Shown: positions 50,654 through 61,229 of the stretch, piece after piece
How the letters are laid out: every line of letters begins with the position of its first letter
How positions within the stretch are numbered: position 1 is the first letter of the stretch
Assembly (NCBI RefSeq): GCF_004010195.1
Contig: NC_057757.1
Coordinates: 4,778,823 to 4,842,822 of the forward strand
DNA length: 64,000 bases
Direction: 5' to 3'
Source: Chiloscyllium plagiosum
Taxonomy: Eukaryota
The notes under the pieces: model-generated
Told to the model about the DNA's origin: nothing
Database searches by the model: none
The model's input: only the letters and a program-made list of their open reading frames with translations
Made by a program: the position numbers and the translations under genes

Positions 50654-52112
50654 GTAAGTTCTGCTTTACATAATCTCCCTTATGACTCCTTAATTGTATT
50701 TCAAATGTATTCAAATTCATTTAGTGCTCACTAAGATGATTTTCTAATCAATGATGTTTGACTTTAAGTGTAACCTGTGGTATAATAAGATTTATGTAAA
50801 TCGTGATGATATAACTGATGATATCACTCTGATATCAGTAAGTGAGAGACTCAAGTCTAGAATGAACTTGTGAGGGGGGAAGTCTTAGACACTAGACAGC
50901 TGTATTTGAGAAACCCACTAAATGCAGATGTAAATAAAGGAGTGTTACATCAAGTGATAAAGTGCTTCATTGACGAAAAAAGAGAAAGCAGACTCAGGGA
51001 TGATGAATGTACAGACACATCCCATCACACTGGGATCTCAAAATGGAGGTAGCAGTATTGGCCTAAAGCACAAGCTAAATGATTAACTCAACGTAAAAGT
51101 GCTGTGCAGAATCGTCATATAATTCTGGCTTTGTCCAGAGTTTTAATAGGACTTAGAATAGCCCTAGGAATTCAGGCCTGTTTGAGCATGGGTGCATGTC
51201 AATGACTGAGTTATTAGCATTATCCCGAACACCAAGGTTAAATCACCTGCTCTTCTCAAAAATCATGGTCATGGGATCTTCAACAGCCCCTGACAGGGCA
51301 GGTGCAACCTGAGTTTAATATTTCATCTAAAAGATTGTACTGGTATGTCGGACATTCCAGCACTCCCTCAGTTCTGGGAACTGGGAGAGTCTGCCTAGAA
51401 TTTTATATCCAAACCTCTGGAGTGAGATTTAACCCATCACTGTCTGATTCAGGTGCTCGTGCTACCCACTGAGCCATGGCTGACTCACCATCACAGGTTT
51501 CTGCCCCTTTATTTCTCAGCTTTGTAATCAGGTTAAGTTACCCTGTGACGAAGCAGATGATAAGCGATTGGGTTACGCGTGAGTGCCTTGTACCATTTCT
51601 GTTTGCCTTCGTGGCTACAGTGTGTGATATAGGTACAAGGTTGTTTCATGCTAAATCGTTTTTTTTAGATTACTTACAGTGTGGAAACAGGCCCTTCGGC
51701 CCACAAGTCCACACCGACGCGCAACCCACCCAGACCCATTCCCCCACACCTAACGCTATGGGCAATTTAGCATGGCCAATTCACCTAACCTGCACATTTT
51801 TGGATTGTGAGAGGAAACCGGAGCACCCACAGGAAACCCACACAGACACTGGGAGAATGTGCAAACTCTACACAGAGAGTCGCCTGAGGTGGGAATTGAA
51901 CCCAGGTCTCTGGCGCTGTGAAGCAGCAATGCTAACCACTGTGCCACTGTGCCACCGTGCCTGCCCCATCTCTTTCACTATATCTTCTGCATTTATCTTC
52001 TCATGCTATTGTCTTCATTCTTGCAATTTCCCAGGAAAATGATCCAAACAATCCTTCATCACTCCTGGTGCTGCCAATAAATGGGATTTAATCTGTCTCT
52101 TGTTTTCTAAAG

Positions 52113-52282
52113 ATGTTTGGTGTCAAAGAAGACTATTTCATTTGCTGTGTTCAAAATCCTTCCAAAGGCTGACCTACCGGTCGCTGTGTCTGCCAGAAAA
52201 CCTGAAGGACTGTGGAGTCACAGAACTGAAGGGGTACTATTTACAAGAATGATGGCCTGCTCTGAGAGAGAGTGATTCACAA
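52113..52282 (+). pseudogene. Lipoxygenase exon 10, 170 nt, frameshifts and stop
   Basis: ctaaag/ATG; MFGVKEDYF /fs/ LLCSKSFQRLTYRSLCLPENLKDCGVTELKGYY /fs/ YKNDGLL*ERVIH; donor gtaagt. In-frame TGA at 52170-52172. Confidence 0.87.
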
Positions 52283-52489
52283 GTAAGTAATAACTTAGGT
52301 TCTTCCAGTGTGGGAAATACTCTCGTCAATACTCTGGCACACTCAAATCCCCTCAATGATCACTAATTCTGCTGAACGCAACAAAGTCAGTTCTCTTATG
52401 CTCAACTCCCATGTGGAATGTCAGGCGACCTGACCGTGTGGTACATTTTCTTTTCAATTCTAACTCCTGACCTGAAGCTATTGCAGCCA

Positions 52490-52835
52490 GGGGAGGCGAT
52501 GGCCTAAGTGGGATTATCACCGGACTGGTAATCCGGAGACCCAGATAATGTCCAGGTGGACCTGGGTTCGAATCCTGCCATGGCAGGCAGTGGAATTTGA
52601 ATTCAGTAAAAAATCTGGAATTAAGAGTCTAATGATGACCATGAATCCATTAACAATTGTAGGAAAAACCCATCTGGATCACTAATGCCCTTCAGGGAAG
52701 AAAGCTGCCATCCTTACCTGGTCTGGCCTACGTGTGACTCCAGACCCAAAGCTGTGTAGTTAACTCTTAACTGCCCCCTGGGCAATAAATGCTGGCCTAG
52801 TCAGTGACGTCCTCACCCCGTGAATGAATTTTTAA
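52490..52835 (+). mobile_element. tRNA-derived SINE of a second family (related copies at ~46083-46615 +, 23850-24190 -, 21510-21770 -, 26010-26305 +)
   Basis: A/B-box-like head (gatggcctaagtgg...gggttcgaatcc), conserved body, tail gggcaataaatgctggcc...gaatgaat. Family name uncertain (possibly DeuSINE/SacSINE1-like). Confidence 0.72.
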
Positions 52836-53200
52836 AAAATCTTGACTAATTTCCCTCAACTTTAGAGGGAGCTAGATTCCTGGACATGGAATGTGGACCT
52901 ACAGAGTCCAAAAAGACCATCACCTAAAGGAAGAAGGCCAGACATGGATATTCTTCTAGATAGTGTAAAATACAACTGGCTTTTTAAACTAGGTTATAAT
53001 TTTCCTGGATATTGTTAAGAGTCCAGCTGAAACTCCTAAGACATATTGCCCCCAAAGGGAATAATTTGCTGTTTGATATAGAAGATAAGATGAGACAGCC
53101 TAAATTTTGAGTAAATATATAAATTGAATAATATAAGAAAACATAGAATTTTGGTGGTTATACAAAGAAAAACACTAGCAGAGCTAAGTAAATTAGTACA

Positions 53201-53374
53201 CAGAGGAACTTCGATTATCCTGCATTCAATTATCCAAATATCAGATTATTTGGCAAGATCGCAAGGTCCCGTTGCTCGGCTAAACTATGTTATCTGGCAT
53301 TCGATTATCCGGAATTCAATCAACCAAATGAAATATTGCCCGCCCGTGTCCTTCGGATAATCGAGGTTCCTCTG
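53201..53374. mobile_element. Tigger/pogo-like (Tc1-mariner) MITE, 174 bp
   Basis: 20-bp TIRs CAGAGGAACTTCGATTATCC / GGATAATCGAGGTTCCTCTG (1 mismatch), TA on the right flank, internal GATTATCC repeats. Confidence 0.8.
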
Positions 53375-53622
53375 TAGTTGTAAAAATTGAAAGGAATATG
53401 AAAATAAGGAGGTCTTGCGAAAGCGATACAAGGCAGACAAAATTTTGAATACTGAGAATAGTTTTGGTCCCCTTATCTAAGGAAATATGGGAGGCAGTCC
53501 AAAGAAAGTTCACCAAATTAATCATGAATGTGGAGGGGTTTTCCTAATTGAAGAGATTGAGCAGGTTGGGCTTGTACTCATTGCACAGTGAATGTAATCT
53601 TCCTCAGCAATTTCACATGAGT

Positions 53623-53862
53623 TGTTGAAACAACACCGTGGAGGTCGTTATCCTGTCACAAAGTCACCCTTCACTTTCACATGTACAGTACATGGACTTT
53701 GACCAGTTATCTTAGAGCCCATCCCCAGGGTGAGGAGAATCCCTGACACTCCTGTTTTTGATCTGTCAGCAAGGGCTCCCTTTTTGGTCAGGGATAACAG
53801 CCCCAATCAGGGAACTCACGCTCAATGCGATCCACCTGGCCAACCTTGTTCCGATCACTACA
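53623..53862 (-). mobile_element. Solo LTR of the same Gypsy family
   Basis: TG...CA ends; shares gtcacccttca, ctgacactcctg, agggctccct and ccccaatcagggaactc with 16153-16386. Confidence 0.7.
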
Positions 53863-55894
53863 GTTGTGAAGGCAATTGACCGTGACTTGGCTGCTTATCT
53901 CTGTCACTCAAAGAATACAGTTGACTTGCAGGCTTTACTAAGAACAACCAGTATTCACTATGGACAGACCTCAGAAGCTATGGGGAGATGAAAAACGGAA
54001 AACATCTAGAAACCTAGTACAGCATTATTTATCCATTCTTGACAGTGAAAATATTCATAAAACCTGCTCAGAGCCTCTAAATCTTAAATGGTTAATCTCT
54101 TATATAAACCAATTCCTGTTAATGTGTCATATTAAATCCTTTAAGATTCTCTTTAAACCATTAGTCAACTGTGAACCTAGAATCCCTGCTGAAAAACATT
54201 GCGATTTGATGTCTATAATGCTGCAATAATATTTGTAGGGAAGTATCAATAAGGATCTTTTACTGCAACGTCATGGAATAGATGCAGAGTTTTTAAAATA
54301 TAACCTACACCTTCCAAACAAAGCTGGCTAGCAGAGGGTTTTTGTTAAAAAAAAATCCAGCAGGTATCTTTTCAGCTTTTAATGGGACAAAATTATAAAC
54401 GCTTCAGATTTTGACGCTTAAATGGATCTTTTGTACCCTTCAATAGCATTTATGTCTATCCAGTCAATTTGTGACTCTCAAATTATGGATTAAATGTCTT
54501 GATACCACCTAAAGGGAGTCTGTTTGAACTCATACAATGATGATCATAGAATCTCTACATTGTAGAAGCAGGCCATTCAACCCTCCAAGTCCACACTGAT
54601 CTTTCTGAACTGCATCCCATCCAGAGATACCCCCTGACCTTATGCCTGTAACTCTGCATTTTCCCATGGCTAACCAACCCAGCTTGCGTGTCCCTGGACG
54701 CCACAGGCCAGTCTAGCATGGCCAATCGAATTAACTCACACATCTTTGGACTGTGGGAGGAAACCAGAGCACCCAGAAGAAACCCACACAGACATAGGGA
54801 GAATGTGCAAACTCCATACAGACAGTGGCTCAAGGATGGAATTGAACCGGGATCCCTGGCGCTGTGAGGCACTGAGCCACCATGCCACCCTAACTCATTG
54901 CTAAGTTTAAATAGCTGGTTTGAGTGAGAGGGTGGGCTCCCTGCCTTGTGAATCACAGCTATCAGAATCAGAATCAACTCTCTGTAGCCTGTGCCCGATT
55001 GGCAAAATTGGGTCAGTTGGGAAATAGATTTGGATTTCTGCATCCTGCCTGCCCAGGGTGTGGAGAGTTGAGACAGCTTTGTGAAAAGTCAGTCCTTTCT
55101 ATCCAGGTGGATCACTTTCTGTTATGAAATAGAGAACACTACAATAGCAAACAATTGCCACAACTATAACATCGAAAATTGAACCACATCTTAACTTGTG
55201 TTGATGTAACAGAGCAGGGAAACACCACCAACATCCAACTCCCAGCCATTCTTAAATAACAAACACTCTTTAAAGAGTTCTCTGTCAGTGACTATCATCG
55301 GAAACTAAGCTTCCCCTATGTCTCTAAGGGTATTATTCTCTTTGCTTGATTAAAAATATAAACCAGTGATCACAAACTTTCTATAGCCTTCAAAGCCCTG
55401 ATCTTTTTTATTCGTAAATACATTTGAAGCTATTGGTTCATCATAAACTCCTCTTACTTGTATGGCATTTTCTGAAGACACACTATGCACCCTCACAAAG
55501 GACACATTGTTACTTTCTGAACAATCCACCTTCACATGTCACCTGTTAAGAAAAAGATATCGTTTGACTTAACCTCCACTCTCTCATTTTCAATATTCTG
55601 ACGAGTACACAACCTCATTGTGATCCTTACCCTGTTCACTATCAGATTTATCTTTTTAATTTCTGTATGGATTTGCAAACAAGGGTCTACTGTAACTCAT
55701 GTGTTTGTGAGACAAGTTGTATTCATCGTCCACTACAGCACCTGCTCTTTGAAACTTTATGTGCTTCTCGGTAGGACCTAGGTAGAGGGCCATTTTTGTA
55801 CACATCCTCAGTATGAATTTTAAAAACCTGACAGGTCAAGTCTTTGAACACTTTTTCATTCCTGATCCTTAACACATTCAAATATAAATTTCAG

Positions 55895-56016
55895 GCTAGT
55901 CACCGAAATTGCCATGTACCACTATAAGACAGAAAGTGAAATTCAAGATGTCCCTGAACTTCAGGCCTGGATTAAAGACCTCACTGAAGTTGGACTTGGA
56001 GATAATAAAAATACCG
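55895..56016 (+). pseudogene. Lipoxygenase exon 11, 122 nt, intact
   Basis: tttcag/G CTA; LVTEIAMYHYKTESEIQDVPELQAWIKDLTEVGLGDNKNT; G/gtaagt. Size and phase match ALOX5 exon 11. Confidence 0.9.
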
Positions 56017-56581
56017 GTAAGTGAATTTAGACTCACACCTGAACAAATTTTAAGTTTGAACTTTCCTTAAGTGTCACAAAATACATTTTGACTACAGTGA
56101 GGACAAGGACCACAGGTGAGTCTCAACATTATCACATCCGAGTTCCCCTTCAGCTCACACACCAACCCAACTTGGGACACATTTCCTCCCAGTAAAATTA
56201 TAGAATCTAACAGCATAGAAAGGAGGCCATTCAGCCCATCATATACGAGCCAGGTCTTTGAAAGAGCTGTCCAATTAGTTCTGCATCTCAGCCTTTTACA
56301 TACTGTACACAATATTCAAAAGGTAGTCTCACCAATAGTATAAAATGTAGCTAAAAACCCCCACTGTTCCCATATTTTGATATCTACCATCTATCATCTC
56401 AATCACCAGCTGAACCTCACCTTATGGGATTCATGGACCAGGCCTCTCTCTGCAAACCTGAGTACTGCAATATCTCTCCTCTCTAAATAATCTGCTGCTT
56501 TGATATTCTTCCTATTAAAGTGGACACATTATTTTCCTATATTGTAAACCATCAGGATTCCTAATGAAAAGTTTATGTTCA

Positions 56582-56770
56582 AAATGGAGTCCCGGGGGAA
56601 GGTCAGAGGGGGGAATGGAGTCCTGGGGGGAATGGGCGGGCGGGGAATAAGTCCCAGGAGGAAGACCGGGGGCAGGGAATGCAATCCTCGGAGGAAGGCC
56701 GGGGCAGGGAATGGAGTCTGGAGTCCCTGGGGGGGGGAGGCTGGGGCGGGGAATGGAGTCACGGAGGCCA
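56582..56770 (+). repeat. G-rich degenerate minisatellite (~30-bp unit, ggggcagggaatggagtc)
   Basis: Repeated gggaatggagtc and ggaggaag(a/g)ccgggg blocks with many G3-G8 runs. Confidence 0.7.
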
Positions 56771-57081
56771 GTGTGAGAAAGCGTACCCCAGAGCGGAGGC
56801 TGGTGCAGGGACTGCTGGAGCATTGAACTAGGGGCAAAGATTCAGGGTAAAGATCAGGCCAGGTATGGCTGGAATGAGAATTCCTTCACTTCAGAATGTG
56901 GTGTGACTTTGGAATTCACTTCCCTAGACAACCATCAGTCAGTGAGTGTGCTCTTGACGTAAATGGATAATTGGTTGTTTCTGGAGACTAGTATCATCAC
57001 AAAGTACGAAAGTAACATGAGAAAGTGGAATTGAGATAGATGATAGGCTGTGATATCATGAAGGCTGTCTCCACTTGTATT

Positions 57082-57231
57082 AAGTTAAAAATCACACAAC
57101 ACCAGGTTATAGTCCAACAGGTTTAATTGGAAGCACACTAGCTTCCAATTAAACCTGTTGGACTATAACCTGGTGTTGTGTGATTTTTAACTTTGTACAC
57201 CCCAGTCCAACACCGGCATCTCCGAATCATG
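57082..57231. mobile_element. Fold-back PLE-derived insertion with a perfect 53-bp palindrome and 12-bp TSD
   Basis: Arms 57082-57134 and 57141-57193, loop ACACTA; TCCACTTGTATT duplicated at 57070-57081 and 57232-57243. Confidence 0.88.
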
Positions 57232-57405
57232 TCCACTTGTATTGAGAAGAATAGGTGCAGATTTAACAAAACCTGCAAAAGAGGATATGTGGAGGGATAA
57301 AAGTACTTTGTCATGCGTTGAGCAGTTGTGTTCTGGAAGACTGCCTGGAGGTGTGGTGGGGGAGAATTCAATTGTTGCTGTGGTGGAAATTGCACGTTTT
57401 CTGAT

Positions 57406-57424
57406 GAGCAGCAGAGGGCGCCTG
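57406..57424 (+). promoter_or_regulatory. CTCF-like motif
   Basis: GCAGCAGAGGGCGC, one mismatch to the core CCAGCAGAGGGCGC. Confidence 0.35.
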
Positions 57425-58166
57425 TGGCCCAGTCTGGGGCTGTTAGCTTCTCATTGATCTCCAGCCTCCAGTTCTGGCTTGTGGCTGCAATAGGGTTTGC
57501 AGCCTCCCACCCTCCTCCTTGTATTTCTTACTGGGATTTCAGGTGGAAATTTCAGATAGGTGGTCACAGAGTGCAGAGAGAGAGTATAAGTCAGGCAGAC
57601 AGAGGGATGGATAATAGCTAAGGAAGGAGAAAACAGGGATCATAAGTGGATGAAAATGGGCTGGCTGCGCTGAAAGCAGACCGCATCATGGGGAGAAAAT
57701 GAACTGCAGATGCTGGAGATCAGAGTCAAGAGTGTGGTGCTGGAAAAGCACAGCCGGTCAGGCAGCATCCGAGGAGCAGGAGGATCGATGTTTCGGTCAT
57801 AAGCCCATCATCATGAATGAGCCTTGTGGGCCAAGAGTGCTGAGAGATAAATGGGAGGGAGTGGGGCTGGTTGGAAGGTAACTGAGAATGCGATAGGTAG
57901 ACGGAGGTGGGGGTAAAGGTAATAGGTCATAGAGGAGGATGGAGCGGATAGGTGGGAAGGAAGGTGGACATGTAGGACAGGTCAAGATGGCGGTGCCGAG
58001 TTGGATGGTTGGATCTGTGATGTGGTGGGGAGGAGGGGAAATGAGAAAAATGACCACATCGTGACAGGGCCAGGGGTGTCAGGGTCGGTAAAAGACGTGG
58101 AAGGAGATGTTTTGGTTCTAAAATTATTGAACTCGATATTGAGCCCCCAGGCGAAAAATGAGATCC

Positions 58167-58503
58167 TGTTTGAAATAACTCCATTAAGGCCGGTATCCCA
58201 TCACCAAGTCACTCTTTATTATGACACTGACGCAGCTAGTTCAGAGCTGGCTCCTAGAGTGAGCAGAACCCCTGACACAAAAAAGAACAAAGAACAATAC
58301 AGCACGGAAGCAGGCCCTTCAGTCTTCTAAGCCTGCGCCGCCATATTTTGCCCTTCTATATTAAAACTGTCTTCACTTACAGGATGCATATCCCTCTATT
58401 CCCTTCCTGTACCTGTCAGCCAGGGCTCCCTGATTGGACCAGATTAACAGTCCCAATCAGGGAACTCATATTCTACAAGATCAACCTCACTGCAATCACT
58501 ACA
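58167..58503 (-). mobile_element. Solo Gypsy LTR with a nested LINE/SINE-tail insertion (~58280-58405)
   Basis: Same LTR motifs (aaggccggtat, gagctggctcctagagtg, agccagggctccctgattggaccag, caatcactaca). Confidence 0.65.
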
Positions 58504-61195
58504 CTGTTCTTCCAGCTTGTAACTGCTTCAGCATAACCAGGAAACTGCGCAGAGAGAGAGAGAGAGAGGATGTCTGAGGGTGAATACAAGGTAATTGAGG
58601 GATAGCATTGTGTTCTTTTGTTGTTTACCTGAATGTGGGCACCGCAGGCAAGGCCAACATTTATTAACCATCCCTCAGTGTCCTTAAAGTGTCTGTGGAG
58701 AAGCCAATTACAGCTGCCACAATGCATGTAGGTTAGGGACCCAGTGACACTGAAGGATATATTTCCAAGTCACGATGGTGAGGGGCTTGGAGGAGAACTT
58801 GCATGGGAGTGCTGTTCGTCTGCACCTGCTGACCTTGTCCTTCTCGGTGTAGAGTTCGGGACAGGCTATTTCGACAGCACAATGGAAAGCTCAAAGGGTG
58901 GGGTGCTGTAAAGGTCCATGTGTTCTTGGAGAGGGGGGGGGGGTGCGATGAGACTGAGAAAATGACCTTCATCTAAATAACTCCTCCCACAATGACAGGA
59001 TACTTTGCGTCCAATTAAGTAATTTTTGAAGTTTAGTCCCTCCTGTAAAGTCAGAAGCAGTGTAACTGATAGCAAGATCCTCTAAACCTCGATTAAATTC
59101 ATCACAAAATCATTCGTTATGGGCATCCGTTGATTGAGAAATGCTGGCTTGGGACTCAGGAGATTAGTCCATCCTCTTCTTCCGATATTTGCTGCCGCGG
59201 TATCTTTTACTTCTTCCTGGGTGGAGCCTTGCTGCTCCGGTTTCCTCCCACAGTCCAAGGATGTGCAGGTTAGGTGAATTGGTCGTGCTAAATTGCCCGT
59301 AGTGTCAGGTGCATTAGTCAGGAGTCAATGTAGGTGAATGGGTCTGGGTGGGTTGCTCTTCGGAGGGTTGGTGTGGACTTGTTGGGCCGAAGGACCTGTT
59401 TCCACACTGTAGAGAATTTAATCTAATCAAAGGATGGCACCTCTGACTACGCAGCGCTCCTGCGGCACTGTACTGAGGTTATCAGCCTTAAGCAATCGAT
59501 TCTCTAACATGGAGGCTGCTGGAGAAAGGTGCAAAACTGAGGAAAGCCCGACATCCAAAAGCAAAACACAGTGCAAAGCAACAGGAGGAGGGACAGGCTC
59601 AGTCACGCAAGAAAAGGTATGAAATCATAAACCTTGCACCAATTGTGGAGCATTCTACACCTGAGGCGGTTCATGTGAAAAAAGTCTGGGTTGAAGTCAG
59701 CCTGTGTTAATTCCTGTAAAGTGAGGGACTCACCCACTTCCCTTTCTATAAACTAACAAAGTCGTCCATATGGCCAACATAGGAAAGATGTTGTTAAATG
59801 CTACAGGGAAAGTGTGTTAAACTTAAGAGGGCGCAGAAAAGACTTACAAGGACATTGCTGCTGTTAGAGGGTTTGAGCTATATGGAGAGGTTGACTAGGT
59901 TGGGGCTGTTTTCCCTAGCTGAGGGGTGATATTGCAGTTATACAAGACATTAATTAGGCTACTTTTAGAATACTTATTGGTTGCCTTGCTATGGGTAGGA
60001 TGTTGTGAAACTTGAAAGGGTGCAGAAAAGATTTACAAGGATGTTGCCAGGGTCGGAGGATTTGAGATGCAGGGAGAGGCTGAATAGGCTAGGGCTGTTT
60101 TCCCTCGAGCAATGGAAGCTGAGGGGTGACGTTATAGAGGCTTATAAAATCATGAGGGACATGGATAGGGGAAATAGACAAGGTCTTTTCCCCCAGCATA
60201 AGGAAGTCCAGAACTAGAGGGTATAGCTTTGAGGTGAGAGGGGAAAGACTTAAAAGGGACCTAAGGGGCATCTTTTTCACACAGAGCATGATGTGTGGAT
60301 GGAATGAGCTGCCAGAGGAAGCGGTGGAGGTTGGTACAATGACTACATTTAAAAGGCATCTGGATGGGTATATAAATGGAAGGGTTTGGAGGGATATGGG
60401 CCAGGTGCTGGCAAGTGGGACTAGATTACGTTGGGATAACTGGTTGGCATGGTCGGGTCAGAGCGAAGGATCCGTTTCCATGCTGAACAACTCCATGACT
60501 GTATGACTGTAACATGGACAAGCACACCAAACCCTGTAACTGCTCTGGATGGTTGACCTGAAGGGTTTGGAAAGAGATCTTCTTCCTTCTGGCAGTGAGA
60601 CTGCTTGACCCAGGATATTCCACCATGAACATGGAAGGGCATGCTTTACTTCTGTAGGATGAGTGCTTGGAGTGAGCAGGGGGTCCTTCAGCTTGGAAGA
60701 CATCAGCTGGTCCACCGGGAGAGAGCCACAGATTGCATGATCGCTGCTCACAGCCCTGTCATCAGTGTAGAGCCACAGGGAGCTGGGGTATTGCCTGGAG
60801 TTTTGAAGAAGTGGCGCTCAACCAGAAATGTTAATTCTGCTTTCTCTCCACAGATGCTCGCAGACCTGCTGAGTTTTTCCAGCATTTTCTGTTTTGGTTT
60901 CTGATAGTCTGGAGTGACTGTGTTATGTGGGATTTGAGCATTTCGCGCTATTTATTGCCCTTCCACATTTGCCCAGAGGGTAGTTCAGACTCAGTCTCAT
61001 ATAGGCAAGACCAGGTAAGGATGGCTGATTTCCTGTTCAAGAGGACAATGGTGAACCAGATGGGTTGTTTTTTTTTAATGACAGTAACAACAGATATGCA
61101 ATCACAATTTCTCCCCTTCAGATTTTAGTGAACTCAAATTTCACCATCTGCCATGGTGAGATTCTAACTCATATCCATTTAATAGTAGCCTGAGG

Positions 61196-61229
61196 TTCCT
61201 GAGGAAGAGCTTATGCTCGAAACGTCGAT
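61196..61229 (+). ncRNA. Minimal hammerhead ribozyme motif with a compensated helix II
   Basis: TTC-CTGAGGA-A-GAGC-TTAT-GCTC-GAAA-CGTC-GAT. Confidence 0.68.

Larger units (their letters stand above)
5230..56016 (+). pseudogene. Arachidonate lipoxygenase family gene (ALOX5/ALOX12/ALOXE3-like), apparently pseudogenised; 3' exons not found in the window
   Basis: Nine recognisable exon types in colinear order with AG/GT boundaries and lipoxygenase motifs (PLAT domain; WKED..F..QFLNG.NP; PIFLPSD..DW.LAK.WVR; LTY.SLCLP; PELQAW). Multiple frameshifts and stops are present. The exact orthologue cannot be assigned without a phylogeny. Confidence 0.92.

Noticed and set aside
52490..52580. tRNA-like A/B boxes
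   Set aside because: This is the head of a SINE that continues into the repeat body, not a cloverleaf tRNA gene.
58516..58540. cag followed by ...GTA ACT GCT TCA GCA (VTASA), resembling lipoxygenase exon 12 (FTASAQHAAVN)
   Set aside because: It is immediately followed by TAA, with no HAAVN or upstream FP motif and no fitting exon size; likely chance.
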